Source: Isurus oxyrinchus
Lineage: Eukaryota
DNA length: 64,000 nucleotides
Assembly (NCBI GenBank): GCA_026770705.1
Contig: JANJGN010000041.1
Span: forward strand, 1,426,001-1,490,000
Direction: 5' to 3'
Of the stretch, positions 51,546-64,000 are shown one piece after another (the stretch's first letter is position 1; each line of letters starts with the position of its first letter). The position numbers and the translations under genes are program-made. The notes below the pieces were generated by a model that did no database searches, had not been told where the DNA came from, and saw nothing but the letters and a program-made list of their open reading frames with translations.

Positions 51546-52749
51546 GCGCACTCACACCATGAATAAAATAATAATAACAAATTCATTCATGTAGGTGAGA
51601 TAGACTGAAGTCAGGGCTCGTACACAAAACGGTTCAGCGTAGCTCAAACCTCTGAATTCCAGTCACATCTATCTGCTTCCAATTAAAAAAAAAGGAAGGA
51701 GTAGGGCTATTCAACTGTTCCCATTTTAAATAGTGCAGCCGGTGTGGCCAGTCACTAATTACCTCCAACCTGAATTGACAAGGTCATTCTTGTCTGCTAA
51801 GCTCTCCAAAAATTGTCAGAGATACCAATATTTAGATTTCACCCCACGGGATGGCACGTAATGGCTTAAAGACCTCTGTTAAGCACACTGAGAAACTTGC
51901 GGATAATATTGCCTCAGAATGACAGCTCATTGCTCACACCTTGCTAAAGAGTTTCACGTAGCAATGCCTGTTTTCTTCATATCTTCTCGAAAACGCTTCT
52001 AATCCCACCAATCAACTACGCTTTGTAAGTACCATGCAATAGTTGGAATATTTAGCAGTTTTGATATCAAACTGTACGACCCTCGTCACGTATTGTCCTC
52101 CAAATACTCACATCTTCTCTCGTACGAATCACAACCGGAACTTTTAGCTCTGAGGGAGGAACCACACCCACGTCCCTGAATACCTTAACATTCCTTTGTT
52201 TAGATTTAATACTCTTGCCTCTGATTAGAACACAACATTTGTAAAATTAATGTAACATTCTTACATATGATGATCCCTCTTTACTTAGGGCTCCTTCACA
52301 TCAAGATTTTTAATTAGCACTTTTCAGTTACATACCCAACTGAGGCACAACATCTATCAGACAGGTTAACAATAACCGATTTGAATATTTAACAAACCAC
52401 AATCGGTTGAACTATGAGATGTTTAGCCATCTGGGCAGAGTTGCGTGGAATTTTGAGAGATGCAACCAATGACAGCACGAAGAAAGATAGGGAAGGAGCC
52501 GGAGGGCGGATCGGAGACAAGCTTACTGCAATTCAAGCAAATTGGCAATGGAAAGAACAAATGGTGATGTGAGGGACTATAAAAAAAAATACACAGAGTC
52601 TGTTACAATTTTGGAGGAATTTTCTGATACTGAATGTGGGAAATTGCAACGGGGCTTTCAAAAGAGAATCTGATCATCATCTGAAAGGAGACAAATGTAG
52701 GGTCCCAGGGAAAGGGAGGTTGAACAGCTTGGTGACAGCCGCCAACCCA

Positions 52750-55450
52750 AGTGATCTAATTTTGCTTACTAACCGTTTTGTGTGTGTCTTTCTACAAAGC
52801 TTACAATAAAATATCTAAAGATACCGGTTCCCCTTTAACTATTCGCATAGTTACATCCTCGAAAAGTACCACCAGGTTGGTTAAGCATGATTTGCCTTTC
52901 CTAAATCCATGTTGCCTTTTCCCAATCCTACCATTATTATCTATGTATCATATTATCACATTCCTTGTTCTAGGTTCTAGCATTGTTCCTAGCAGTGGTG
53001 CAAATATGAAAGGCCTGTTGTGTTCCCTTTCCTCCCTAAATCCTTTCTAAAATAGTAGGGTAATATTTCAATCGGTAGAGCTTCCTAAGAATGCTGAACA
53101 GTCGCCAACAATGCATCTGTTATTTCGACCGCCACCTTTTTTCAGCCCTCCTGGGTATGGACCATTAGGCCCAGGGTGATTTCGCACTTTAAGCACCATT
53201 AATTTCCCTAATACTTTTTTCTCACCTGAATTAAAATCTGGCATACCCTCTTTTAATCTAGCCCTCTGCTTCGCAATCATCTGTGGGATGATTATTTATT
53301 TTCTTTCTCAATGACAACAGACATAAAGTATTTGTGAATCTCTGGTATTTCCTTACGACATGAAATAAACTCTCCTGACTCGGGTTGCAATTGCACATCT
53401 GTTTATTTTTGGTAATCTTTCCCTTATTTTACATACAGGAGCATTTCAATGTTTTTATGTTTCTGTGTGGTTTACTCATAATTTCCCTTTCTTATTATTT
53501 TTCTTGGTGGTCCTTAGCAAAATTCTAAAATGCTCCCAAATCTCAGATTTACTATTTATCAAAAAGGACTCGTCCACTGCCGTTCAATTTGAAGACTTTC
53601 CTTCCCAGGCTCCTGTGCGTTAAAAATGTATTTCTGTTGCATAGTTAGTATTCCTTGCTTAAACATGAGACATTGCTTGTCCAACTCCATATCTTTCAGC
53701 AAGATTTCCCAATTTCCCATCGCCAATCACTTCCCCAAACCCACCCTACGAATTCCTTAACAATCTCTTTCTTTATATTAAGACCCTTTTCTCTGATTGG
53801 AACATAACACCTTGAAACCTAATGAACCCTTCTATCATATTACGTTCACTCTTTCCAAAGGGCTCCTTTACATCAAGAGTATGACTGAGCAATGTTCAGT
53901 TACCCAAGGCTTGATCTGAGAAAACACGTTCACTATTTGTTTTTTCAACGTGCTGCTCTAGAAAACCATCTTGCAAATGTCCTAAGAATTCGTTTCCAAA
54001 AATATTTGAAGGAATTAGTTTAACCCACTCAGTATGCATAGAGAAATCCCCCACGGTTAGAGTTCAGCCCTTCATACAAGCAACTCTAATGTAATGATTT
54101 ATTCGGAGATTTACATTACCATTGCAAATTGGTGGACTATAAATAACTCATTGCAATGTTTCCTGATCCCTGCTGTCCCTTAGTTGCACCCAAACCGATT
54201 ATACATTTTGACCTTTATAGCACCAGTCATTTCTCAGCAAAGTATAAACGGCCTATATTATGACCCCAGTAATTCATCCCAGCTTCTTGTCCTTCCAGAA
54301 TGTCACATGGCCTAGGACATTACTTTCACAGCATTTGTTTGCTTGGAGCTATGGCTCTCCACTGTCTATCAGGCCAGACATATTAAATTATATTTTTGTT
54401 AGAATTCACGTGTTTTCATGCGAATGCTGCAGGCATTCAAATTCAGAGCCCTTAATTCATTGTTTTATTACCGTTTTTTTCCAAACAGTATCTCTGCCTG
54501 CTAGCACAGCCCTCAGATTGCAATTACTTCTCCTTCCTTCCATTAAGTAATTACTTTCACCTTTATATCTTCCTTGATATATTATCTTGACATTTCAATT
54601 TTATTTATTCCAACTCCCCGAGATGATCTCTTCACATTTTTGCTATTTTAAAACCTTCTGTACTTCCTTAGTACTATATCTATAGCTTGCAAACTGGATC
54701 CAGCATGGTTAAAGTCTAGACTACCCTAATGGTAAAGCTCCTAATTTTAGAGTACTGGTGCCAGTGCGACTACATTGGCATTGGGACACGTATTCATCTT
54801 CCTAATTGTATTTGCCTTACACCAATTTTGGCAGCACACTGTTCACAGTCATGGATTGTTAACATTTGTTTCTGCTGTTTTACCTCGTGCCTATATCTCC
54901 AGAGTTGCAATGCATAATATACTTCCTTGTTGTTCCAATGTTATTTTCTACTTACATGGACAACGACCCAGTGAATCCATTCCCTCCAACGTGAAGATCC
55001 TCTCCAGCCTGAGCCTGTCGCTCAAAACCTAGAAGCTTGTAGGTAACACAGCAGGCTGGACTCATGTTACCAATTGCAGTGAACACAACATATCCCACTG
55101 ACTACACTGCCGCCTATCACTGCTATGTTCCTCTTAGCTCTACCCGTTCGAAAGATATTCCTCACCATTGTGTCATGATCATTCTGCACATCTACCTTGC
55201 AGTCTTCCCCCTTCGTACAGGTTGAAAGAGCTTCAAACCTGTGGGAAAGGTCATGGATAGAGGCTCCTTGAAGACTCGGTGCTGAGTCCCCTCATCCACC
55301 AGACAAGCACTCAACCTCCTGCCCCTGACCATTGACCAACCTGAACTTGTCTCCAAATTAAGGGGAATGAATGACTTCTAGAGCAAAGTGTCCAAGCAAA
55401 ATTTGCTCCCCATTACCTTCCTATAAACGGCTGACAATTTCCACAGCTCA
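52750..55450 (-). mobile_element. CR1 LINE fragment (ORF1 to ORF2 RT start)
   Basis: ORF 53068..53280(-) KVLGKLMVLKVRNHPGPNGPYPGGLK; colinear with the CR1 fragment at 3.0-4.4 kb. Confidence 0.8.
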
Positions 55451-55849
55451 TAATCCAGCTTAATGTATTCACTGTATTCCATCAATACCTACATGCTGTG
55501 ATAATGGCAAACCACCAGCCTGCCACTGCTGACAACCTTACTCATTTAATTAGCCAATTAGGTAATAATTTACAGGGATCCGTTCCCAGAATGTTGCACT
55601 CATCTATTTTGGAGATTAGGAGGAAAACAGTCCAGTGACCGGCGGCTGACGGAAATAGGAAACGAAACACGTCCTGACCTCACTTTCCCAAATTCCTATC
55701 TGATCCAAATTCTCAACTCTTCACTCAGTCCACATCTGTCTCAGACTTAGCCGCGTGTCCACATGTCCCTATTGAAGTTCACATTGAACAACACTGTTTT
55801 TACAGAACAACTAATGACTCACCAGCTAGCTCAACATTCCGCTATGACA

Positions 55850-56700
55850 ATTAACATCTATTAAGGGGAAGTAGTTAAAGTGAACTGGTGCCTATTTGAT
55901 GATGTGATGCCCCAGAAGGAAGACACCGTGTTTCGGATTTGAACAGTACCAGCAGATGATTTGTACCTGCTCAATAATTGGTAGCGGCGTCATTTCTGCT
56001 CCAGTTCTTCAGCTGGATCTTAATCGTTTGAAGCTTCTACAGTTCTCAATAAAATCTTCAAAAAAGTAATCACGCTGCCACCATGTTCTGTTCTCATCTT
56101 CAACGTGAACACAATAAACATAGAATAAGGATGTGTAAAACGAATGTCAAGATTTCAACACTTGTTGATACACGCAATTTGGTGAAAGGTGACAAAGGAA
56201 ACCTCCCACTGGTTATTGACTAACGCCATCAAACAGCAGTTGGATTGCCTGTCCACCATGATTAACATCAATTGACGATACACTGAAGGTGTGAAGGACA
56301 AACAGTAGATGTGTTTGAGAAGTATACCTGCTTCAACCATTGCAGACCTGTCCAACTGTGTTCAGTTTCCCTGTTTGTCTTCAGCGTGACAACATCTGAG
56401 TGACTTGAGAAGCCATTTCTGAGCGTCATTGAAGAATGAAGAACGCTGTTGGTCCGCAGTCACATGTCATTTTGAGTGGGTGAAGACGACAGGTGTCCTT
56501 CCTTAAGTGTACGAGATGGGCCTCCGTCCATTCCAAGAATTCTTTGCGGACCGCAACTGATAATTATTATTGTTTCATACAGTAGGAGCATAATTGACAG
56601 CCGTTTCCTGAAACCCAGCATTGAGCTTGCAGCTGGTGGCAATCAAAATATTGCCGGGCTGCCATCCCCGGGACAACTTTGAAAGTCGTCAACTGAGCCC
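55850..56700 (-). mobile_element. Penelope-like element RT remnant
   Basis: Minus-strand SDVVTLKTN (SFDVVSLFTN-like), FDG..Q (Q..G..MG region) and IVFTLKMRTEHGG (FT.E.E..G-like) in the correct order; a possible GIY-YIG-like piece at ~57130-57450(+). Confidence 0.5.
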
Positions 56701-59199
56701 TTTGATTTAGGATCAGTGAGTCAATCAGTGAGTCCGGAGACACCTTTAAATTACCCTGGAGTTACTGGTCACTGGGGGGTCCATCCTGCAGCTGCGTTTA
56801 CATCAGAGACGTTGTCTACCCCTTCCCCCACAACTGCACAGCCCAATTTTCATTCCTCTCCGGTTCCCCCTGCCTTTCTAACGCCCCAACTCACAACCAC
56901 AACACCCAACTTCCTGTCTCCCATGATCCCCAATATCCAGCCCCTCTTCAAATGTCTGCAAAAGCATTGCATCCCACCATTTGTTGCAGCTGTGAGAACT
57001 CGCAGGGCCGAACGGTTTCCTAGACTTTACTGTCTCCAGCTTTTGTTGGTCCCTCATTGTGTTCCAACTATTGGCATTGGCTGGAGTCTGAGCTGCACTC
57101 AGTTATGAGAATGTGAGATCAATGGCAGGTCGTATGTGCTCTATGCAGTTGGTGTGCAGAGTGCTCAATGCCATTCAACTGTCCTGGGAAACATACGGGT
57201 CGTGTTCGGAAGCTTATGAGCCTGCTAAATATTTGCCGGGGTACAGGGCTCACTTGTGGCCAATTGCCATCCAGCCTGACAGTTGGCTGCAAGGCGTGAG
57301 GATGGAAAATGATGAATCATCACAAGACAGGATCCAACAGCCCATTGCTGGTCAGTTTGGACAAGGCACCGGCTGTCCACTGCCCAGCATCCAACCAAAA
57401 AAACCGCTTGGTTTCTTGACAATCTGAAGTGTGTGCTTCAATGTGAGCTTTGAAATGGGCCCTGAAAGGCTGTTTCCTACTTCTGTTCTTGGTTGGCACT
57501 AATATTAATGAAAACTTGCCAGCTGAGGTTGACAGAGAAACAGTTGTGCTCAGTTGGACCCAATTCCAGATTAGGCAGATTATTCTTCTTGCATTATCTG
57601 TGTGCACCTTACACGATCTTTGCGTGCAGTGGACTTGCTGGCATACAGCGTCACCCTGCATAGTAACTCTCCTGCCACGGGATAGGGAGTGCTGTCTGTT
57701 GGAACAACTCAGAGGATTTTGGAATGGAGTTATAACAGAGGAAGAGGGATTCTCACTACCAGCAGGGATGAATGATGTCATTTCACCCACTTGTCGCTCT
57801 CTCCCTAAAACAGATCCTTCTCCTCCCCTCCCCTCCACCCCATTCGTCCTCTAAGAGGACATCTAGCAAGATGCCAACAGCCAAGAGCTCCCCACCCCGC
57901 GGTGAACCCTAGGAGGTGTCCAGTGTGCTCAAGAAGCATAACTCTCACTACTTTTTGTTGATTGCCATAGGAGGCGCAGTCTTCAAATGTTTGACCCAAG
58001 ATGTTGCATCAGGCAAAACGAGGTTTAAACTGGAATTTTGCTTAAGGAGATCTTGGACAGGCGGTGAGCATCGTTATGAACAAAACCCACTGACCAAAGG
58101 TTTTTTTCACTAGTCACTGGTGAAAGCCACTAATATGGTTGCAACAGTGCTCACCATCACGTACACATGTAAGGGCACAAGTGGAGGGTTCCGTGAAGGG
58201 ACTGCGCTCCACATTGCAAAGCATGTGAAAGAAATAGAGATAGATGGAGGGAGACTGGAATGAACCGAGTGGGGTCCTCATGTCAATATATTTAAAATGA
58301 TTGAATATTTTAATATAGTGGTTGCAGAGTAATGGTTTGTTCTAGTGATGGTGCTTATAAATAGAGATCTTAAATAAAAGACAGTCGCCAAGAGAACTCG
58401 CAGGGAATCTGGGAATACTTATTTCCCCGGAGAAAGCTGAGAATGTGGGAGTCACTACCACAGTGGGTGCTGTGGTTTATACATTAGCGCTGGGACAGGC
58501 GGACACCCTATAATGTTACGATTTGAATGGAAAAGCTGCCCATTGCTCAGTGTGAAGTATTACTGGGTTGAGTCGTAAAACAATATGGTCTGGTTTTAAT
58601 CAACGTGAGAGCGGAGCTGCTAACTGGACATTATGCTAGTAATGCGGGCTTTCGGATGGTGGTCTTGATTTTCATGAGTGTCTGCCTCAGGGGAAGTGGG
58701 GGCGGGGAATTAAAGTACCATATCAACCTGCTGCCCCTATCTCGAGATAAAGCTGGTGCCGTTTGGCCTCACCCCGTTTTCCATTCCCCCTAAAGTATGA
58801 AGGGTAAACTCCCCAGCCCCCGTCCCCCACCCCTTCAGGATGCCCCTGACCAAGAACTCCCTTGCTCTCGGTGCAACATAATCAATTATTGAATAGGTTC
58901 CTCTTCGTGGATGATGTTTTATGAGGCAGTGGCTTCATCACCGTTAGCAACAGACCGTGTGTCACGCTAAACTGCTGTTTCTTTTTTGGTTCAGATTGTC
59001 TACAGTGGAACATCGTCAGAATCCACTCACCAGCCTGTTTGGGTTTCACCAAAATACCTGATCTCTCCCCACGAGGACATTGCTCCAAGTTCTGTGCGAC
59101 ACAATCAATTTGATTATGTTGGTGCCTCCTGCCCTGGCCATCTTCAGCTAGTTTATCAAATGGAACAATAACTCCTCATGTGGGGGGTTTGTTTTTATT

Positions 59200-60500
59200 C
59201 ATTCATCGGATGGATGCCTCGCTTGCTGGGGGAAATGTATTGCCCATCCCTAGTTGCCCTTGTGGAGTTGGTGGTGAGCTGCCCTTTGAACGATTGAGGT
59301 CTCTGTGGTATAACTACACCCACAGTATTTTTAAGAGGTGGTGTGTGGAGGTGATTGTCGTACCAAAGGATATTGATCCAGCGAAGGTTAAGTAACACTG
59401 ATGTCTTTCCAAATTGAGATCGTCTGTGGCTTGGCGAGGGGATTGAAGATTGTCTTGTTCGCATTTATCTGCTGACCTTGACCTTCGAGTGAACGTGGAA
59501 GGTGCAGTCGAAGGGATCTTGGTGATTTGATGCAGAGTATCTTATAGATGGTAAAATCTGCTGCTGCTGTGCATCGGTGGTGGAGGGATTGACTGGTTGA
59601 TTTGGCATTATAATCAAGCAGGCTGTTTTGTCCGGGATGGTGACGAGTTTGTGGATTGTTTGTGGAATTGCGTTCATCCTTGAAAGTGGAGAGCATTCCG
59701 ACAAACTGCTGACTTGCGCCTTATAGGTAGCTGACATCCTTTGGGGATCCAGGAAGTGCGTCACTCCCCAGGCGATTCTTAGCATCTGACCTGCTTTTGT
59801 AGCCACAGTACATATGATAGTGAGAGTGGGGTGGTGGGGGTAGGCTGGCGGGGGTGCATAAAGTGATGGTTTTGCCATTGATGGTCAAGGGGCAATGGTT
59901 AGTTTGTCTCTCGCTGAATATGGTCATTGCCTGGCTCTTATATGGCATGATTGTTACTTTCAACAATTCAGTGACAGGCTGGATATTTTCCAGTGCCAGT
60001 ATTCATTGGCCCTGACACGGTGTTTCTCCCTATCAACCATCCCACCCACAGCCCACGGCCCACTACCTTCCTCCAAGGAGGATGAGGCGATCTCTGCTAT
60101 TCCCAAATAGTTTTGCAGGAACGTAATACCCCACCGGGCCGGAGGAGTCACAACATCCCGACCAGGTCGTGCTGCATTTGATCCTGGGCTGCTTCATTAT
60201 CTGAGGAATCGCAAAAGCTCTGAACATTGTGGAATCATCAGTGAACATCAACTCTTCTGACCATATGATGGATGGACACACATTGATGAAGCAACTGATG
60301 CTGTTTGGCACTCAGGAATTACCCTGAGGAAATCCTGCAGTGAGCTGTCTTTCTTTGCTCCTAAGGCAAGTTTCCTTTTGACACGAATTTTGTTCCGGAT
60401 CCTTGATGCCACACTCGGTCAATTGCTGCCTTTAAGGCAAAGGCACTCATTCTCACGTCACTGCTGGAAATAGCTTTTTTGTCCAAGTTGTTTATACTTT
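59200..60500 (-). mobile_element. CR1/L2-group LINE RT and 3' end fragment
   Basis: ORF 60361..60684(-) ALKAAIDRVWHQG; ORF 60063..60311(-) LMFTDDSTMF; ORF 59465..59878(-) ATYKAQVSSLSECSPL. Confidence 0.85.
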
Positions 60501-62799
60501 GATTTATAATTATTAACCTAAAACCTCTTAGCGTTATATTTAATTCAGTATGACTTTTGGCCTTTGTGGAAGTACATGCCAGGCCTGACAGAGCCCATGG
60601 AGAAGTAAAGAGTTTCCGTGGCCTGTACCTTGCAGTGCTGGTAATGGTGAAATCTCTGAATGTCACCTCTATGGACGTTTGCAATCACACAAATATTCTG
60701 CTAATCTCACCTAAGAAAAAAGGCCAGGAGATGTCACATGCCTGAGTCAACCCTCCACACAATCTTTTCATCAAGATGTTGAGCTGATTGCTCACGACTT
60801 GTATAAAATCATTCTTTGTTTTATTTCGGGGGGTTCCTATCATGCTGACAGGCTGCTCAGGAGAACAGATTTTAAACCCTCACTCTGCCAACATCCTTGT
60901 CTTACCACGCTCCCCTCCTGCACACTGACAACTTTAGCTCTTCTCCCCTATGTCACACCAGCTTATCCTCAACCAGTCACTCCATTGCAACTCGTCACCC
61001 AAAACTCCCATGGCACACTTGCACCCCTTAACGCTCATATTCACCCCATCAACACCAATTTGCCCATTCTCCCATGATGTCTCACCATACACAATTTTCC
61101 GCCAATCAACCCTGCTACTCTTGTTTCCACTCCGTTATTCCTAGGCTCCCTGCCATCATGCCCGGATATCCCCATCAACCCATACCTGCATTCGTGAAAC
61201 TTTCTGCCTCAATAGCCTCAGCCTCCCCATTCAACACTCGCTGCGCCATCACCTCTCGCTCCCCCATCATTGCTGCTTACCAGATAACCTCTGACTTCGC
61301 CCTCAAACCGTCTTTTCTTCCCCAATAACTTACATTTAATTCGTCCTGCCTTCAAGCGTATCATAAACCATCTGATAAATAAGGTGAAATGATTCTGAAA
61401 TTTCCAATAATTCCTGACACAAACTTCTCAGTTTGGTATTGTTCATTTCTCTTACGCTCAGCTAACACAGTGACGATTGTGTCACATTTTCAGAAAGTGT
61501 GTTCTCGCCAAATGTGACACTCGGCAATTGGTGACTGTGGCAGTGGCAAATCTGGTTTCCTCAGCCTGATATTTCGATACTTTCTGATTGCTTTCTAAAA
61601 ATAATTTCGTTTCTTGAACTCCATCCCCGTGTGTAATGCCAACACTCTCAGTAACTGACTGTTCTGCCTGGTTCACAGTGTTTCACACCATTCAAAGTTC
61701 TGTAGCTATTTGTTGCCAAAATCAGATAGGTAAATATTTTGCGGGAGCAGCTGTGGCTGAGCATCGTGTAATAGTGACTATTTTGGGCTGTTTAAGGAAC
61801 ATTTCTTGATATTTATTGTTACACAATGAGTATTGGCTGACGATAAAAAAACCCGCTCTGTTAAGTGACAATAAATGAACTGCATTCTTGGGTTTGGAGA
61901 ATAATCAAGTTCCTCAACCACATTCCAACCCTGGAGAGGCCATTTGCCCTGTTTATACTGTTCAGTAGTTTCACTGTCAGGCACAGGTTACTGACCAGCA
62001 GAAGCTGCAGGAGATTCCGGGCGATCAGAAAGATGGAAAATGGAAGGGAACCCAAGATTTTACTTCTATCCTCTCAACCAAATGCATGAAGTAATGGACA
62101 ACGTTTACTGTTTTTCTCTGTGGTGGCAGATGTTTGATGTTTTGTCCAGTTTTATGTATCTCGACAACTTTGTGCAAGTATTTCGCTGCATTCTGCAGCT
62201 CCTGTATTGATGCACAATCATTTGCATTTATGTTGTCGTTCAGAAAATGTTGCAATTGCACTTGAAGAATGTGCTGGAATATGATTAAAGTAACTGAAAC
62301 ATTGTTCCTGGGCAGCACTGTCTAATGCTCTTTCAGCTTTTCAGCATGTGGAAGGGCTTGCCAGCAAGACAAGAGAAGAATAGTGGGCTAGTCACAAATG
62401 GTAACATTGCCTGTTGAACAATTGGCATTTACAAAATGAAGGTATCTCGCTCTGATTAGACATCATAGTCTCCAGAATAACAGCACTCCCATTGGGCAAT
62501 CGACTGTTCCACATTGCTTGTCCTTCACACAACTGTTCTACAAGGTGCCCTCCCAGCAGCATCACCCAAATATCCCATGACACCCATCCCCATCTACAGC
62601 CCCAAATGCATTTGGCCATTCCACATGTCCGTTATAAAACATTCCACAATTGTCCCTTGCAGATGTTGCACATATTTACCACAGTGCTCCCAGACCCCGG
62701 CCTGGACTTGTAGCAAAACTAGCAATCGCTTTACTGATGAACATGAACGATAATTGTCACAGTGATTTTGCAGAAAAGGGTCTTAGTAATTTTTCAATC

Positions 62800-63330
62800 G
62801 CCCCACGAGCCTCCACGCATCTGGCCTCAAACATATTTCCTATTTTACCCTTCATTTCTTTCTCTCTCAGCTGCTTTCCTGGTTTCCCCTTCAAGAGTTT
62901 TATAATGTTCACCTGAACCATCCCATCTCGTAGCGAGTTCCACATTCTCAGGAATCTCTGGACATGAGGTCTCTCCTGAATTCCCCATTGGATAATTTTC
63001 TGATTGTCATACATTGGTGACCATTTAGCTGCGTCCCTCCCCACAAGAGGAAACATTTTCCCTGTATCCAATCTCTCAAAATGCCTGCATTTTAAACACT
63101 TCTATCGTGCCATCCCGGAGACTTGTCTTTTCCAGAGAGAAGAACCACAGTTTGAATACGCCTCTTCATATTTAAACCCGCACATTCCTGGCATCATCCT
63201 TATCAATCCCCTCAAAACTACTGCTTCTATATCGCTTTTATAACAATCCAAGTTGACCATGTGCGCAATTGTCTAAGATTGGTCAACCAATGTTTTAATC
63301 AGGCTCAACATATCTGCTTGACTTTTCCAT
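62800..63330 (-). mobile_element. CR1 LINE 3' fragment
   Basis: ORF 62757..63071(-) MDTGKMFPLVG...QRFLRMWNSL, the CR1 C-terminal region. Confidence 0.75.
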
Positions 63331-64000
63331 TCTATCGCCTAAGGCATGAAGCCAAGTGTTTGGTTTGGAATATTTTAATGTCCTGTTAACATAAGGGTCA
63401 GCTTGAACTGATTGATGTATTTGTACTCCCAAATCGCTTTGTACCTCTTCCCCTTCGAGAGGAAAGATGAAAGAAGAAGAGCCTCGTTTCCTTGTGTCAC
63501 TGCGATCAGCTCTGGACAGCAGGCACATTTAAGGCTATATGGCTTGAAGCGGAGGCCACTATCGTCGGTAGTGATAGGGGTTTTGGGGGGGTGGCAGTGC
63601 GGCATGGGACAAGGAACACATGTACAAGCCAATTCCGTTTTCTGGTGAGGCGGGCTTCATGACCATCTGAAGTAGTCACTGTAGATACTTGAACTGAAGC
63701 GCCAGTTGAGCCCTCATTTAGTGTCAGGCGACATCTTTTTCAAATTGATTTAATCAAAATCCTCAAAGTAACATCACCTAAAAATAGCGAGCGTCCGTGC
63801 TGCTATGCGATATCGAATGCTTATACAATTGTAATAGATGATATTAGTGGGAGACTGGGTAAGACCACAATAAATAAAATGCTATTATTTGTTGTTTCTT
63901 TAAAGGGCATGAAACTGAAGCGATGGGTTTACATTTGGAGAGTGTTTTAATGGTTATGGGATAAAATTGTGGTAATGGTGTTCAGCACACATCAGGCAGC

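Overview
Repeat-rich, low-GC vertebrate genomic DNA, most consistent with a cartilaginous fish (inferred from the LINE/SINE complement and the receptor type). There is one clearly intact gene, a two-coding-exon GPR139/GPR142-like rhodopsin GPCR (9116-9185 + 14711-15618, +, 325 aa). The main hidden structure, missed by the >=60 aa ORF track, is a cluster of four two-exon beta-defensin-like genes between ~30.4 and ~50.0 kb (orientations +,-,-,+). Each lies in a duplicated module: signal-peptide exon, intron with a CR1-derived 51-bp minisatellite, six-Cys exon, conserved 3'UTR/polyA block, LINE fragment. Three copies are clear pseudogenes. The fourth has a complete cationic six-Cys exon and signal peptide but no GT at the homologous exon-1 donor. 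Also present: an ERV env/LTR remnant, a Gmr1-type Gypsy remnant, hAT, RTE, CR1, L2, Penelope and SINE fragments, two tRNA-Asp pseudogenes, and two assembly gaps. All translations and alignments were done by eye, and repeat boundaries are approximate.
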